Of a DNA stretch of 64,000 nt, positions 36,242 through 49,436 are shown one piece after another. The notes below the pieces were generated by a model, which saw only the letters and a list, made by a program, of their open reading frames with translations, searched no databases and was not told the origin of the DNA. The first letter of the stretch is position 1. Each line of letters opens with the position of its first letter. The DNA is taken from NCBI GenBank assembly GCA_965112155.1, contig OZ218103.1; one strand, 5' to 3'. Position numbers and translations under genes: made by a program. The DNA is from Podarcis liolepis. Its lineage: Eukaryota.

Positions 36242-36561
36242 CATGGGCAGGCAAACTAAGGCCTGGGGGTCAGATGCAACCCAATCGCCTTCTAAATCCA
36301 GCCTGCGAACGGTCTGGGAATCAGCATGCTTTTACATGAGTAGAATGTGCCCTTTTATTTAAAATGCATCTCTGTGTTATTTGTGGGGCCTGCCTGGTGT
36401 TTTTACATGAGTAGAATGTGTGCTTTTATTTAAAATGCATCTCTGGGTTATTTGTGGGGCACAGGAATTCATTCATCCCCCCCAAAAAATATAGTCCAGC
36501 CTCCCACAAGGTCTGAGGGACAGTGGACTGGCCGCCTGCTGAAAAAGTTTGCTGACCCCTG
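36242..36561 (+). mobile_element. non-autonomous hAT-Charlie element, OC1/OposCharlie1-like
   Basis: 3' end atagtccagcc...ggtctgagggacagtggactggcc...aaaaagtttgctgacccctg. Perfect 8-bp TSD atgtaagt (36234-36241, 36562-36569). Internal duplication of about 60 bp. Confidence 0.8.
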
Positions 36562-38316
36562 ATGTAAGTCAATCAAATTTTACTCAGAGCAGACCCACTG
36601 AAATTAAGGGACCTAACTTAATTAAGTTCATTCTTCTCAATGGGTCTGAGTAAAAAGGCTACCCCAACATTTTAGTGAGAAGGCTAACAAACCTTTCCTC
36701 TTACATATATGGGACTAGCAACAGAAGTTATATTTAGCAGCTTACATTTAAATTTATAACCTGTTTTCCTACCATACGGTGCTCAGAGAATGCCTCTGAC
36801 TTACCAAATGCAAATAAATCAAGCTCTTAAGGAAGCAGAGGTCTGCAGGTTTTTTCTTCTTCTTCTCCTCTAAAAAGGGTGCTTCTGAACAGTCGCTTAT
36901 TTAAAATGGCAGCCCCTTTTTAAAAGGAAATGTCCTTTTCTTTAAGACCACTACTGCACCATTTGACATGTGGGGATGTTCCTTTTTGGATAAAGCCAAA
37001 CAATGGGGGTCTTTAATGCGCCATTATTTACAGTAGCGTCAATGTTATTCCTCTTGATAATGGCCTTGGACGCTGACAGGGGCTGGCATGAAAGATTTGG
37101 AGAGGGCAATTTGGGTCCTAAAATGTCTCACAGCATTAGCATTTCAATGCCAACCCTTGACAATGTCTGGATCACAGAATAATCCTATGAGCCATTCACT
37201 CAGAAAGAGGAAGGAGACGGCCCAGCGCAAGAGGAAACCATTCACATCACCCTGCATAGTTATAGTACAATATTTCTTTTCTTTCCTGGAAAATCTCTTC
37301 ACAACTAAAAGTGATAGTCAACAACCACCTCAACACTGAAAGGAAGCCTAAAGAAAATGAGACGTGTTTCTTGATAGCCAGTCAATCTAAACCAATAGTT
37401 AATGAACAGTGTCTATTCAGTTTCCAAATTATTAGGGCTACTACTGCCTGGTTAAATAAATCTAACATTGTATTCCTATTGAGTTCAATGGAGCCTATTT
37501 GCAGGTGAATTGCATTAGGACTGCAGACTTACTTGATAAGCCTAAGGAGTTTTCATGGATTGATTAATTAACATAATTCTGTGACCTCTTTTGAGACTGT
37601 TTGCAGTGAAGTATGAGATATTAAATGCAAACAGACAAGAGGGGCTGGATTCAGACTTGCCCTTCCTTCCCTTCCCACAGTAGGAACATTGCAGACGTAT
37701 ATACAGGCAACCCCCCTTCCGAGGCACCACGTGCATGTATATTTGAAACACCATTGGAAAAACCTGCAAACACCCCCATTCTGCCCCCATCCCATCCTGC
37801 CCTACCCTGTTCCTTTTTGGTGACATTTTTGGGTCACTTCCAGGTTCGGTGTGATGCATGTGTGTGTACTAGCACACATATTGAATGTGGCTGAATGGGG
37901 GGTTGTCTGTATACATAAAACAATAGTTAGGAATGAATAAACGAAGAAACAAACAAATGAACAATACCATAAAAATAACAGGAACACACCCAATGGGTCA
38001 GGGCACAAAACATTTTCTTTGGTGGGATGACATATCCTCCTTCACTCTGATGGTGCTGCTGTCAAAGGCCACATCCACACTGTAAATTGAAAGCACTCTT
38101 ATACTACTTTGAATAATCAGTTAGCGTCCTCCGGGGCTGAGGGTCCTGAGATTTGTTTGGTAACCCCAATCCCCTCACATTCACAGAGTGCTTAAACAAG
38201 CAATCCCTCTTTCCAGAGAACTCTGGAAATTGAAGCTCTTTTTAGGGAAATAGGGGTCTCCTAGAGACTCTTAGCACCCTTAAAAAACCACAGTTCCCAG
38301 GATTCTTTGGGGGAAC

Positions 38317-38581
38317 CAGTGCTGGATTTATGTGTAAGCTAAACAGGCTATAGCCTAGGGCCCCACTCTCTTGCCCCCCCCAAAAAAACTTAAAGAAAAA
38401 AACCCCTGGATGTACATTTCCAAAATATAAGTTAAAAAACAAATAAAATAAAACCTACATACAGCAACAGTCTTTTGTGTTGTGTAGGCTCCTATGATGT
38501 AAGTAACGGGCCCCGCCTGCTGTATAAAGACCCCATTACCTTCAGTAGCTTAGGGCCTTATCAAACCTAAATCCAGCCCTG
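38317..38581 (+). mobile_element. hAT MITE (internally deleted form of 60446-61233), nested in an older DNA element (about 38066-38610)
   Basis: Termini cagtgctggattta / taaatccagccctg. TSD (g/t)ggggaac. Confidence 0.85.
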
Positions 38582-40444
38582 TGGGGAACCCATGACTGTT
38601 AAAACAGTAGGCAAGAAAAAAAGCAATAGGTAGATGTCATCTTACGGGAAACGACCACCGTGAATAAGTGGGGTGTGTGGGAGTGTGCAAGAGTGAGACG
38701 TGGGCTGTCCTTCCCCACACACCCCATGAAAATGGCAGCTTCTGGATCCAAAGGCAAATTTGGCTCAGTGCTAGTCTGCTAAATATTTTAAGAAGCGGAA
38801 AAGCTAAACCACAATGCCTAAAGTTCCAAAGAAACAAGAATGTAATCACCTGTACTATGCAGATTGGAAATGAGCCAGTAGCACGTGTACCTCTCAACAA
38901 GTGGTAATTCAACACTTGTTTCTGCCAGAGATGAAATGCAGGGTCTGTCAGTTGACCAAGGAAGTCCACATGGTTGGGGATATTTCAAATATTACCTTAG
39001 TCCCATCTCATGCAGGGTTGTTGTTTTTTAAAGACTATTATTGTGTTATAAAAAGAATGAAATCACAAGAAATGCTCTTAAACGACACTACTTCTGTTTG
39101 CAGCCTTCAATGCCTCCAAGAGAAAGCCCTTAGGACCGCGGTGGGGGACATGTGACCCTCCAGATGTTGCTGGATTATTTTATTCATTTATTTAACACAT
39201 GCTGTTTGACATAAGAGTATCAAAGCGGTGCACAATGCAGTGTAAACACACAATAAACCACAACTCCCATCATCCCTGACCATTGGCTGTGCCTGCTTGA
39301 TGGGAGATGGAGTCCAGAAACACCTGGAGACCCAACGGTTCTTTAACACTGTCTTTGGACTCTGGTGGTTCTCATTTGCTCTCTCTTAGCTCCCTTCCTG
39401 CCCAGCACTGAGATCTAAAAGAGCAACCCTGATTTCCTGAAAGTAAGTACTTTATTAATTCCTTGGCAGCCTGAAATGTTTTATGGGTATTTTGCTCTAG
39501 TTCACCATAAATCTTTGGAAAGTGTTGCTGCCACAAAAAAACCCTCATGCCATATATATTCAGCATCCTTCTTTCAATGAACCAAAGAGTGTGAGAAAAT
39601 CAATCACACTCTCCCAAATTGAGCCTAAGGACGTTGCGTCTGCCTAATCCCATCTCTAATGTGATGTGCTAATAATATACCTACAAGTGGGTGCTTTTCC
39701 AACCAGTGAAACATGTCGGAGTCTAGAGATCTTCTTCTTTTGCGCTATAGCCTTGGGAAGAGATATCTACCAAAGTTGTGACAATGTGCGATTTCTTGAT
39801 CAAAAGTATGCAATAAACCAGTTAAAGTGCTGGGAACATCCAATCACATGTGCCGACTTGTGAAGACGCAGCTAAAATGCAGTATCCTATTGAACTCTCA
39901 TTTATTTTAAAGGACGAGGGCTAGAGAGCATTGTGGAGGGGAGAGAACAGGAATGCTGCTAACGTTCTCCAAAGCCAGGAGCAGAAAAAGGACTCTGGGG
40001 GCTTGTAAAATGGCCACCTCAAATGAGAGGCGAGATCTTAAAGCACTTGAATTCTTCTGCAGCTCAAATCAAATTGCAGCGGCCCTTGAGACAAGTATGC
40101 CTCCAGGAGTGCTATATCTTCTGTGGTTTCCCTCCTTCCTCACGCACCACTGAGCTGTTCCCAAGCATGTCATAGCAAAAGAGAGGAGGGGAAGAAGGAA
40201 ACCATTCTCTCCCTAGGGATGAGGGAGAAAACTTACTCAATTTGCATTTAAAGACAAATGTAGCTAATGCATACTTTCAGAAACAATACGCAAATAGAAA
40301 CTCAGCCATCCTTTGAAATCTACATTTCTCTGAATTTTGCAATGTGGTTCTCTAATCAACTAGTGTGTACAAAAATGAACACACCAGGGTAAAGTGTGCA
40401 TAGAAATACATATATTAGTGAATATAGCTTATATTAGGAAAATG

Positions 40445-40755
40445 GTCTGGAGGGTGGCAACAGAAGAGCGGGTCTTTTCTGTGGTGGCTCCCAATTTGTG
40501 GATTGTTCTCCCCAGGGAAGCTTGCTTGGGGCCTTCGTTTTATATTTTTAGCCACCAGGTTAAAATATTCCTCTTCAACCAGGTCTTCGGCTGCTAATCA
40601 GTCTACGGCCTTTTAAAGTGTGTGTGTGTGGGGGGTATTGTCTTCTTCCCCCTTTTACTATTATTATATTCTGTTTTTTGTTTTTTATGTTGTAAACCGC
40701 CCCGTTGTCCCATTCTGGGGGGTGGTATATAAATTTAATATTTAATAATAATATA
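40445..40755 (+). mobile_element. L2 LINE 3' end
   Basis: Translation RVFSVVAPNLWIVLPRE...F..QVKIFLF is an L2 C-terminal motif. tgtaaaccgccc...ggtatataaat...taataataat tail. Confidence 0.75.
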
Positions 40756-40844
40756 AAAATATAACCCACAACCGTTAAGAGCAGTAGAAAACAATAACTG
40801 AAATGCCTGCATAGGCCTCATGGCCTAAGCCCCTCACACAAACA

Positions 40845-40976
40845 TGCTTTTTTCTAGAAAAAAGGGTGCCGGAACTCACCATTAACACTTCCCTCGTTCT
40901 CTTAGAATGGCAATGGCACCCACCTGAGAGGTGCCAAAAATGACTACCTCTGAGTTCCCCTTGAAAAAAAGCCCTG
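40845..40976. mobile_element. short hAT-like MITE (related copy at about 47780-47929, opposite orientation)
   Basis: tgctttttttctagaaaaaagggtgccggaactcacca...gaaaaaaagccctg. Confidence 0.55.
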
Positions 40977-41540
40977 CATGTACACCTGTAAAACTGGGAT
41001 AACAGCAACACTATCCTAGCTAATTCTTAATTTTATGTTTTCCTATAATTATATTCCATATTTTGGAACAGTCAGGTTGCCCTCTTCTCCACTTTCAAGA
41101 TCTCTCCCAAAACAAAAACAAAAAAACCCCTTTACCTCAGCCACTTCATTTTGCCTTCCTTTCAGTCGCATACGCTGTTGCATCGAGACTACTCATTGTC
41201 CATCTTCCACCCACCCCAGAGTTTTCTCTATGCTGTGTTCTCTACCAGCCATGTTCCATGTGTGCAATTTCTGAACCGTTGTTTAGAGCCTCTCTTGAAA
41301 TGAAAATGCTTGAAACTTTTTAAATCTCTAGTCATTACCCAGCATTAGAAAACAATTTTGTGTTCTCTCAGATGGTGGCTGAGGGGCTGTCAACTTCCCA
41401 CACCACTTGTGCTTAGAAACCTCGCCGGGGTGCCAACAGAAAGTTCGGCTGCTTTTTTGCCAAGCTCCTCCACCAGCAGTGAAACCAGGAATGGCATCCT
41501 TGCTTCCCTGACATCATACACCCCTAAGCAGGTAAAAGAT

Positions 41541-41924
41541 AAAGGTAAAGGTAAAGGACCCCTGGACGGTTAAGTCCAGTCAAAGGCAACTATGGGGTTG
41601 CGGCGCTCATCTCGCTTTCAGGCCAAAGGAGCCGGCTTTTGTCCACAGGCAGGTTTCTGGCTCATGCAGCCAGCATGACTAAACAGTCTCTGGTGCAACG
41701 GGACACCGTGACGGAAGTCGGGGCACACAGTAACACCATTTACCTTCCCGCCGCAGCGGTACCTATTTATCTACTTGCACTGGTGTGCTTTCGAACTGCT
41801 AGGTTGGCAGGAGCTGGGACAGAGCAACGGGAGCTCACTCCGTTGCGGGGATTCAAACTGCCAACCTTCTGATCGGCAAGCCCAAGAGGCTCCGTGGTTT
41901 AGACCACAGCGCCACCCGCGTCCC
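41541..41924 (-). mobile_element. Sauria SINE (longer subfamily)
   Basis: Head gggacgcgggtggcgctgtgg, (ACCTTT)n tail, divergent middle region. Confidence 0.92.
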
Positions 41925-41984
41925 AACCACAGCTAGTAGCTGCCACAGTAAATTCTCTCTAAGAGTCGAAGGGAGGGGAAATTA

Positions 41985-42140
41985 AGAAGCTGTGTTGTAC
42001 TGAGTCAGAGCCACTGGTCCATCTGTGCCGGTAATCTCTATGCTGACTGACAACAGCTCTCCAGGGTTCCTGCCAGCCATTACCTAGAAATTGAACCAAT
42101 AACCTTTTGCATGCAAAACAGATGCATGGTCCATCCCCTG
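41985..42140 (-). mobile_element. degraded Squam3-like SINE
   Basis: aagctgtgttgtactgagtcagagccactggtccatct...ttgaacc...ccttttgcatgcaaaacagatgc. Confidence 0.55.
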
Positions 42141-42584
42141 CCACTTTCTGCTGTGGCCACAGCAAACTAGAAGGGCATTGGATACAGCAGTTGCTCGTCC
42201 ATGGATTCTCCCTGCCACCATAGGATTGCTCTGTTGATCTGGCGGTCTTTCAGATGTCCATATATTGCGGATCATATGCTATTGTGAAAGCAACGTTGTC
42301 TTTCCCCCTGCTCATTGTAATTATATCTGGATGCTCTCCCCATTAAAGTTCAGCAGCCAATCTCCGGTTTTACTGTTACTAATATCAGTACAGTAGGGGG
42401 TTGCTCTCACTGAAATGAAGTGAAACAATTTAAGGTAAATATTTGATAGAGAATCCATTAGTAGTTGCACATTGTAGACCTCACGTATGCTCCTGTTCCT
42501 CAGGAAACAATATATTGATTAGCATTTATGGGTAGGTGCATTACTAATTGCCAGTACTTAATAAGAAGCCACACTGGATCTCAG

Positions 42585-42598
42585 CCACTAGATGGGAC
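42585..42598 (+). promoter_or_regulatory. possible CTCF site
   Basis: CCACTAGATGGGAC matches 13 of 14 positions of CCASYAGRKGGCRS. Confidence 0.3.
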
Positions 42599-44412
42599 AT
42601 AATGTGAAGGAGGCTTTTTGCAGTGGTAACTACATCTTCATTTTTCTCTTGTTTTTGTTTTATCCTCAGACATATTCTAGGCATAACTAAGGAGAAACAT
42701 CTGTTTTGAAAAGATCCTCACCAATCTAAGGACATTTCAGAAATAGATTAGACATTTCTAAATCATTCAGTAGAACTACACTTTCCTCATTCATGGAAAA
42801 AACCCATTCATTATAGTTCATAAACAAAGATTTTCTAAGATACTATTGTATAATAATGCAGATTAGATATGCTGTGTTTTAGATTATATATATTCATGGT
42901 GTTATTGTTTGCTTTATATTCTTTGAGGTTTTATTATGATCAAGTTGTAGATAAATTATTTTTGTATTTTTTGTAAACTGCATAGAGACTGTTTTGATAT
43001 TAAGTGGTATATAAATATTTGAAATAAAATAACATAAAGGCAACATAGTATTGTTAATTGTTAATTGGTACTGTGAAATAGCAAATGGGAATCTCTTTAG
43101 AATTCTGCTTTGTTTTTGTTTTAAAAAGAAATATGACAGCTCTCCCAAAAAGAAATTGGTGGTTCATTAAAAATAGCATTGATTTTAAGGTTTCCTTAAT
43201 CTGCTTTACATAAGTCATGGCATAATAGATGATCATTATAACTGAATAGAAGGTTTCATTCTGTGTTTCCAGATAATCTTCCTCTCTCCCACAGCTCTAC
43301 CAAAATTGGAGAAAATAAATAACTTAGCTCAACTATCCTTATAATTTCTAAACTAAGTGGTACAACGTGTAGGTATTTCCAGAATGGGAAATAAAGATAC
43401 GGCCTAGATTGCAAAACAGCAAAGAGTTAAAATGAAGGTTGGTTTTGCCATCTTTCTTGTTTTTATTGAGCTCTCAAGCCAAAGTGAATGTTGGCTTATG
43501 ATTCAATTACAGGTTTGGTTAACTGTAATTCCCTTTATATTTAAAGACGGAAACTTATTTTCAGGTTGGATGGCTTTTACTGTAAATTAAGGAAAACCAC
43601 AAAGGAAGTGGGGAGTCTCTCCAAACTAAAGGAGAAGACATTGGTCTCCCCATATGATTTTTTTCTAACAAAAGATTTGGAGAGGGAAAAAAAGCAATAC
43701 TCACTATGCTTACTTTAGTAGGAACTGGAAAGTTTTCATTGGGTTGGGTCTACAGCAATTCAAATTCCCTTTGCTGTTGTGGAGTGTGTGTGGATTGGGC
43801 AGAGGTGTCCCTCAACCAAGCCCTGACAGCTCTTCCGTAGGCCTCCCAAGAGCTTCTGCCTGTGGATTGACACAGCAATGTTCCACTGGTGTGAAACTTC
43901 TCAGCTGAATGTGTGGATGGGCAGAACAACCTGCCAGCCTCAAAACGGAGCTTCATGGGAGTGGGGCTGAGACAAACCTGGATCCCTTGGACCTTGAAAT
44001 GGCCCTGCTGCTGTCACATGATAGCATCAGCCCAGGTCTGGCCCAATTGCTATGCTGTTTCCAGGCTGGTGCAGCAACTTGTCTGCCCATGATCTCCTGC
44101 TGCCCCAGCCGCGATGAGCAGTAGGGCTGTGTTTGTGGCAGTGACTCCACTGCTCCACAAAGCCCTGCCAGGTTGGAGGAAAAGTCTCCCTAGAAGTGCA
44201 ATTGGTGAGAAGCTGTGGAGAGCCACTTTCCAGCAACTACAGTTCCCAGAATGCCTTATGAGTAACGTAAGACATCATAAGAGTATTAAACTAGCCCACA
44301 GATAAACAGGTGTGCGTATTGCTTAGCAACCAGGCAGAGTGGCATGTTTGCTGAGGTAGCACGTGTCCTGATTGGCGGCATAGTTCTGAGTGTCCCCCCC
44401 CCCCTCTATACA

Positions 44413-44762
44413 GGACACGGGTGGCGCTGTGGGTTAAACCACAGAGCCTAGGACTTGCTGATCAGGAGGTTGGCGGTTCGAATCCCTGTGACGGGGTGAG
44501 CTCCTGTTGCTCGGTCCCTGCTCCTGCCAACCTAGCAGTTCGAAAGCACGTCAAAGTGCAAGTAGATAAATAGAAACCGCTCCTGTGGGAAGGTAAATGG
44601 CGTTTCCGTGAGCAGCTCTGGTTTGCCAGAAGCGGCTTCGTCATGCTGGCCACATGAACTGGAAACTGTACGCCGGCTCCCTCAGCCAATAAAGCGAGAT
44701 GAGCGCCGCAACCCCAGAGTTGGCCACGACTGGACGTAATGGTCAGGGGTCCCTTTACCTTT
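44413..44762 (+). mobile_element. Sauria SINE inserted at the MITE left terminus
   Basis: Full length. TSD tatacag (44407-44413, 44763-44769). Confidence 0.93.
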
Positions 44763-44766
44763 TATA

Positions 44767-45381
44767 CAGTGGTACCTCGGGTTGTACCTCGTCCTGTAGT
44801 GGTACCTTGTCCTGTAGGGACGCGGGTGGTGCTGTGAGTTAAACCACAGAGCCTAGGACTTGCCAATCAGAAGGTCGGTGGTTCGAATCCCCACGACAGG
44901 GTGAGCTCCCGTTGCTCGGTCCCTGCTCCTGCCAACCTAGCTGTTCAAAAGCACGTCGAAGTGCAAGTAGATAAATAGGTACCGCTCCGGCGGGAAGGTA
45001 AACGGCGTTTCTGTGGGCTGCTCTGGTTCGCCAGAAGCGGCTTAGTAATGCTGGCCACATGACCCGAAACCTGTACGCTGGCTTCCTTGGCCAATAAAGT
45101 GAGATGAGTGCCGCAACCCCAGAGTCGGTCACGACTGGATGGTCAGGGGTCCCTTTACCTTTACCTTGGGTTAAGAATGTAATTTGTTCTGGAGGTCTGT
45201 TCTTAACCTGAAACTGTTCTTAACCTGAAGAACCACTTTAGCTAATGGGGCCCCCTTCTGCCGCTGCGCCGCCGCTGCACGATTTCTGTTCTCATCCTGA
45301 AGCAAAGTTCTTAACCCGAGGTAATATTTCTGGGTTAGTGGAGTCTGTAACCTGAAGCGTATGTAACCCGAGGTACCACTG
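44767..45381 (+). mobile_element. Tigger/pogo-like MITE split by a Sauria SINE
   Basis: Left TIR cagtggtacctcgggtt at 44767. Body resumes at about 45163 and ends gaggtaccactg|ta. Confidence 0.88.
44817..45164 (+). mobile_element. Sauria SINE nested in the MITE TIR
   Basis: gggacgcgggtggtgctgtg...ccctttacctttac. Confidence 0.93.
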
Positions 45382-45554
45382 TATGTTTTGTTGAATTTCT
45401 CCCTGCTGTGCACAAGGCAAACGCTCTGTTCCCCCCCCCCTTAGATTATACCATGTTTTTATTCAGTTTCCTCAGCAAAGTGTAATTAAAGATACTTTTC
45501 TCTTTGGACTCCTTCTGTATTATTTAAGCAACTTTGCAGACAAAGATGTGACAT

Positions 45555-45761
45555 GGCGTCAGGAAGAACATTCTGACAGTAAGAGCTGTTTGACAGCGGA
45601 ACAGTCTTCCCTCAGGAGGTGGTGGACTCTCCTTCCTTGGAGGTTTTAAAGCAGAGGTTGGATGGCTATCAGTTATGGATGCTTTAGGTTCCTGCACTGC
45701 AGGGGGGGTTGGAGTAGATGACCCTTGGGATCCCTTCCAACACTACAACTCTATGATTCTG
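45555..45761 (+). mobile_element. CR1 3' end fragment
   Basis: aggaagaacattctgacagtaagagctgtttgacag...ttggaggttttaaagcagaggttggatgg...cccttccaac...ctctatgattctg. Confidence 0.85.
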
Positions 45762-46454
45762 TCTAAATATCGTGTGGATATTTTTCCTAAGGAAACAACG
45801 GATGTGTCTGTGAAGTGAGTGTTTGTTTCTGCAGTCTAGGTAAAATTCTGGAGTTTGTATGATGCTCAAGCAGACAGACCATTTGGAAGAGCACAACACT
45901 GAATCCCACCCATAGTTCCCCCTCATTTCTCAGCAAACTGTTTTGTAAATAATAATAATAATAATGATTTATTTCTACCCTGCCCATCTGGCTTTGAGAT
46001 TTCTTGGGGATCGATTTTTCCTGCCCCCTGTGGCATATCACTACTGTGCTTGAGATACCTTACGAAGAAAAAAAGTTATTGTGAGCACTGAGAACGACCA
46101 AGCTGCATATAACGTCACCTACCTCTCTGTTACCCACCAAATGGTGGAAACTTCTGGAGCCAATACATCTTATGCTGCTTGTAAATTTTTAATGTCGAAT
46201 GAGGCATTCAAGTTCATGTTTTCCCCAGAACAGCTTTCAGAGTTAATGCACAAGGCAGTTCTAAATTGTGCCGGCATTTCTTTTACTTAAATTATCTTGC
46301 TATAGGAAACGGAGAGGGAGGGAGGGGGACACACAATCTGTTCACAGCATCAATGCATCATATTGCCCCTGCCGACAATGCGTACAGAAAATGTTCACCT
46401 TTCAGTGTTTTAAAAAATGCAACTCTCCTGCAGTCGATGGGTCAAGGAAGGAGA

Positions 46455-46870
46455 TCCCAACTAAACACCAGGAAGGACATTCTGACAATAAGGGCAGTTT
46501 GGCAGTGGAACAGACTCCCTCAGAAGGTGGTGGAAACCTTCAGAGAAGTTTTTAAGCAGAGGTTGGATGGTCACCTGTCATGTACAGTCATACCTCAGGT
46601 TAAAGATGCTTCAAGTTAAATCTTTTCAGGTTGCGTCCCGTGGCGACCCGGAAGCACTGGAAAGGGTTACTTCCGGGTTTCGTCACTCGCGCATGCACAG
46701 ACAATGACGTCATGCGCATGCGCAGAAGCGGCAAATTGTGACCCCCGCACATGCAGACGCAGGTTGCGTTCTACTCAGGTTGCGAATGGGGCTCCAGAAT
46801 GGATCCCGTTTGCAACCAGAGGTACAACTGTATGAACTAGTTGAGATTCTTGCATTGCAGAATCTCAACT
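46455..46870 (+). mobile_element. CR1 3' fragment interrupted by a MITE
   Basis: Translation LNTRKDILTIRAVWQWNRLPQKVV...VFKQRLDGHLS. Confidence 0.8.
46585..46830. mobile_element. Tigger/pogo-like MITE, second subfamily (CpG-rich)
   Basis: ta|cagtcatacctcaggtt...aaccagaggtacaactg|ta. Confidence 0.82.
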
Positions 46871-48262
46871 AGATCATATATGAATTGTCAATCTATTTTT
46901 TTTAAAAAGTAATCCCCATCAAAAGAGGTGAGGGGGCGTGACCTAACTGAGTCTAGGAACACAACTCTCAGGTCTTAACCCCTTCATGCACTAACTAGCA
47001 CTCATGCAGAGTTATGTTTCGCTGCAATTTCCCACATTTTATGAGACAGATAGGACAAGCCTCGTTCCTCAGGGATTTCTCCCTTGGCTTGGCTTTCTAG
47101 CTTTACATCATGTAATAAGAATAATAAAGGGGAGTATTCTCACCATGGACCAATGCCAGGGCTGCAAAATTGTATGACCATGACTCTATATTGCGCTTGG
47201 CATAATTACAACAGAAAATCCCCAAATATAGCCTACTGTGGTTTGAGTATCTACAGCTACAATAACATCTTAAGAAAAATGAGAATTTAAAACAACAGAT
47301 TACCCAACAACTTACTGAGATGGACAGACGTTTGGAATCAGCATGAGATTTATTGAAGGATAGCACTATAGTAATTCTTGCTCAGTGAGACTCAAGAGCC
47401 TATAACAAGTTAACTAGGGAGGGGGAAGAGGAAAAGGAATATTCATTTGGAATAAGATACAGTATTATAGAGGATGAAACTTGGGCTGTTTCGTGGATAA
47501 GCCACCTATTAGATCCATTAGCACAGGGATCGCTGATGTGGTTACCCCCAGATGTTGGACAATTCCCATCATCCCTGAGCACTGGTCATGATGGCTGGGG
47601 CTGATGGGAGTTGGAGTCCAACAACATCTGGAAGAACCTATGTTGGCTACCCCTATGTTAGTGTTAACTTAAAACAGAACTGTTTCAAAGTTATGATATT
47701 CTGGTGTTAATATTATCTAGCCTTAAGTTGGAGATGGAAAATGATGCAAATGTTCTGGAGATCTTGTGAATAACCTGACCAGTGCTTTTTTTTTTTACTG
47801 GGGGTACTCAAGGGCATGGAGTACCAGCACCGTTTCCCCCAGAAAAAAGTATTGGTTAAAGGTTTGGCACTTATTGTAAAAACTTCATGGTGAGTACTGG
47901 CACCTGTTTCTCTCTAGAAGGAAAGCACTACACCTGGCTTTCCTGTATACACAACTCCTTATATAACAGTTGGACACCTGAACATTAATAAGCTATTGAG
48001 ATCATGGGATGTTTATTGGAATTCTAGCCAAAATGTGACCTCATTTCAAGAGTGACCAAATCAACACAATAGAGTTTAGAAGGATGCATCAAACATAACT
48101 GAATGGATGACTCTGATTATTAGAGGCTAAAATATTTGGAGGGGGGAAATACAAAAGTGTTGTATCCAGTGCTAACCCTACTCAGAGTAGCTCCACTGAA
48201 ACTAATGGGCATGACTATATTAGGTCCATTAATATCTGTGAGCCTACTTTGAGTAGGACTTA

Positions 48263-48509
48263 GGGCTTGTCCTCACGCCCGCTTGTCCCATGCCTAAAAA
48301 TCATAGGTTTGAGTGTTTTTTCACTTGCAAGGGTCTGAGTGGTTTTGCCTTAGCCCTGCTGCTTTCCCCTGGAAAACTCACACTTTAGCACTAAATCAGA
48401 ACAAACAGCAATCTGCAGACAACCTGACTGCCATTTGCTCTGATTCAGCGCTAAACCATGGGTTTTCTCCAGGGAAAGTGGCAGGGGAAATGAAAGTGTA
48501 GGAGAGCCC
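48263..48509. mobile_element. PIF/Harbinger-like MITE nested in a family A palindrome
   Basis: Termini gggcttgtcctcac / gtgtaggagagccc, flanked by tta/taa. Homologous to 22054-22306 in the opposite orientation. Confidence 0.7.
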
Positions 48510-49136
48510 TAAGGTAGAGACAACAACCCAAACTATTTTGCATTTGGTATTTCAGAAGCTGTATGTTGGCTATACAGAACTATAGGGATATCTTTAAATT
48601 GTGTTATTTGTGTTCTCTGCCTATCCAACAGCCAACTTGTAGCGGTATTTCATATTTTACCTTTTCATGGTTCACACGCAATATCATTTAATATTTGTCT
48701 GTATTGACAGATGACATGTAATCCTATTTAACGACATTCGAAAGATGAAGTGTTGTTCATTAGTTATCAACATTTGACCCTATCTGACAGTGCGCAGCCT
48801 ATGGGATTTCATACTTTTCTGCTAAAACAAACAAGAGACACTGACACTTTTAAAGCAATAAATGAACAAACAGATCATATGCGCACTTTGAAATTGTGCA
48901 TTCAAAATCTGAGGGGCAACTTTTGAGGGGCAAATGTTTGTGAGCTTCAAGTGTTGGAACATTTTCATTTCAGTTCCAGTAAAGACCAAACACACTGGGG
49001 AAGATATGTCTCAACCGTGATAACTCTAGCAGTCAGCCAGGAACTGCTAGGCTGCCTCGTGTGGCTAGTGGTCTATGTTGGGCTTAACAGTTGTGTAGCC
49101 TTGAGTTCAATCAAACTCTTCTACAAGGCCATCTCA

Positions 49137-49436
49137 CAAGGGGGCAGCGCATCTCATTTCGCTGTTCGAGGCAAAATAAGAATGTGACGACCAGCCCCGC
49201 TGCGGACCTGCTTTTCACATCCTGCGTTGCACAACAGCATGAAGCGCTGGCAGCGGTGCCGGCTTCCTGTAAGATCTCATGAGATCTTGAGCGCTCTGTG
49301 ATCTTGTGCGCTTGTGAGATTTCCCCAGTGCTGCTGCAGCTTCTCTGGAGGAGGTAGGGTGGGCAGGGCACTGCCTGGTAGGCTTCTGCCACTCAAATGG
49401 TTGCCTCACCTTGCCTTGTGGGCAGGCCAGCTCTGC
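49137..49436. mobile_element. probable degraded GC-rich hAT-like element
   Basis: CpG-rich island ending tgcctcaccttgccttgtgggcaggccagctctg. No clean TSD. Confidence 0.4.
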
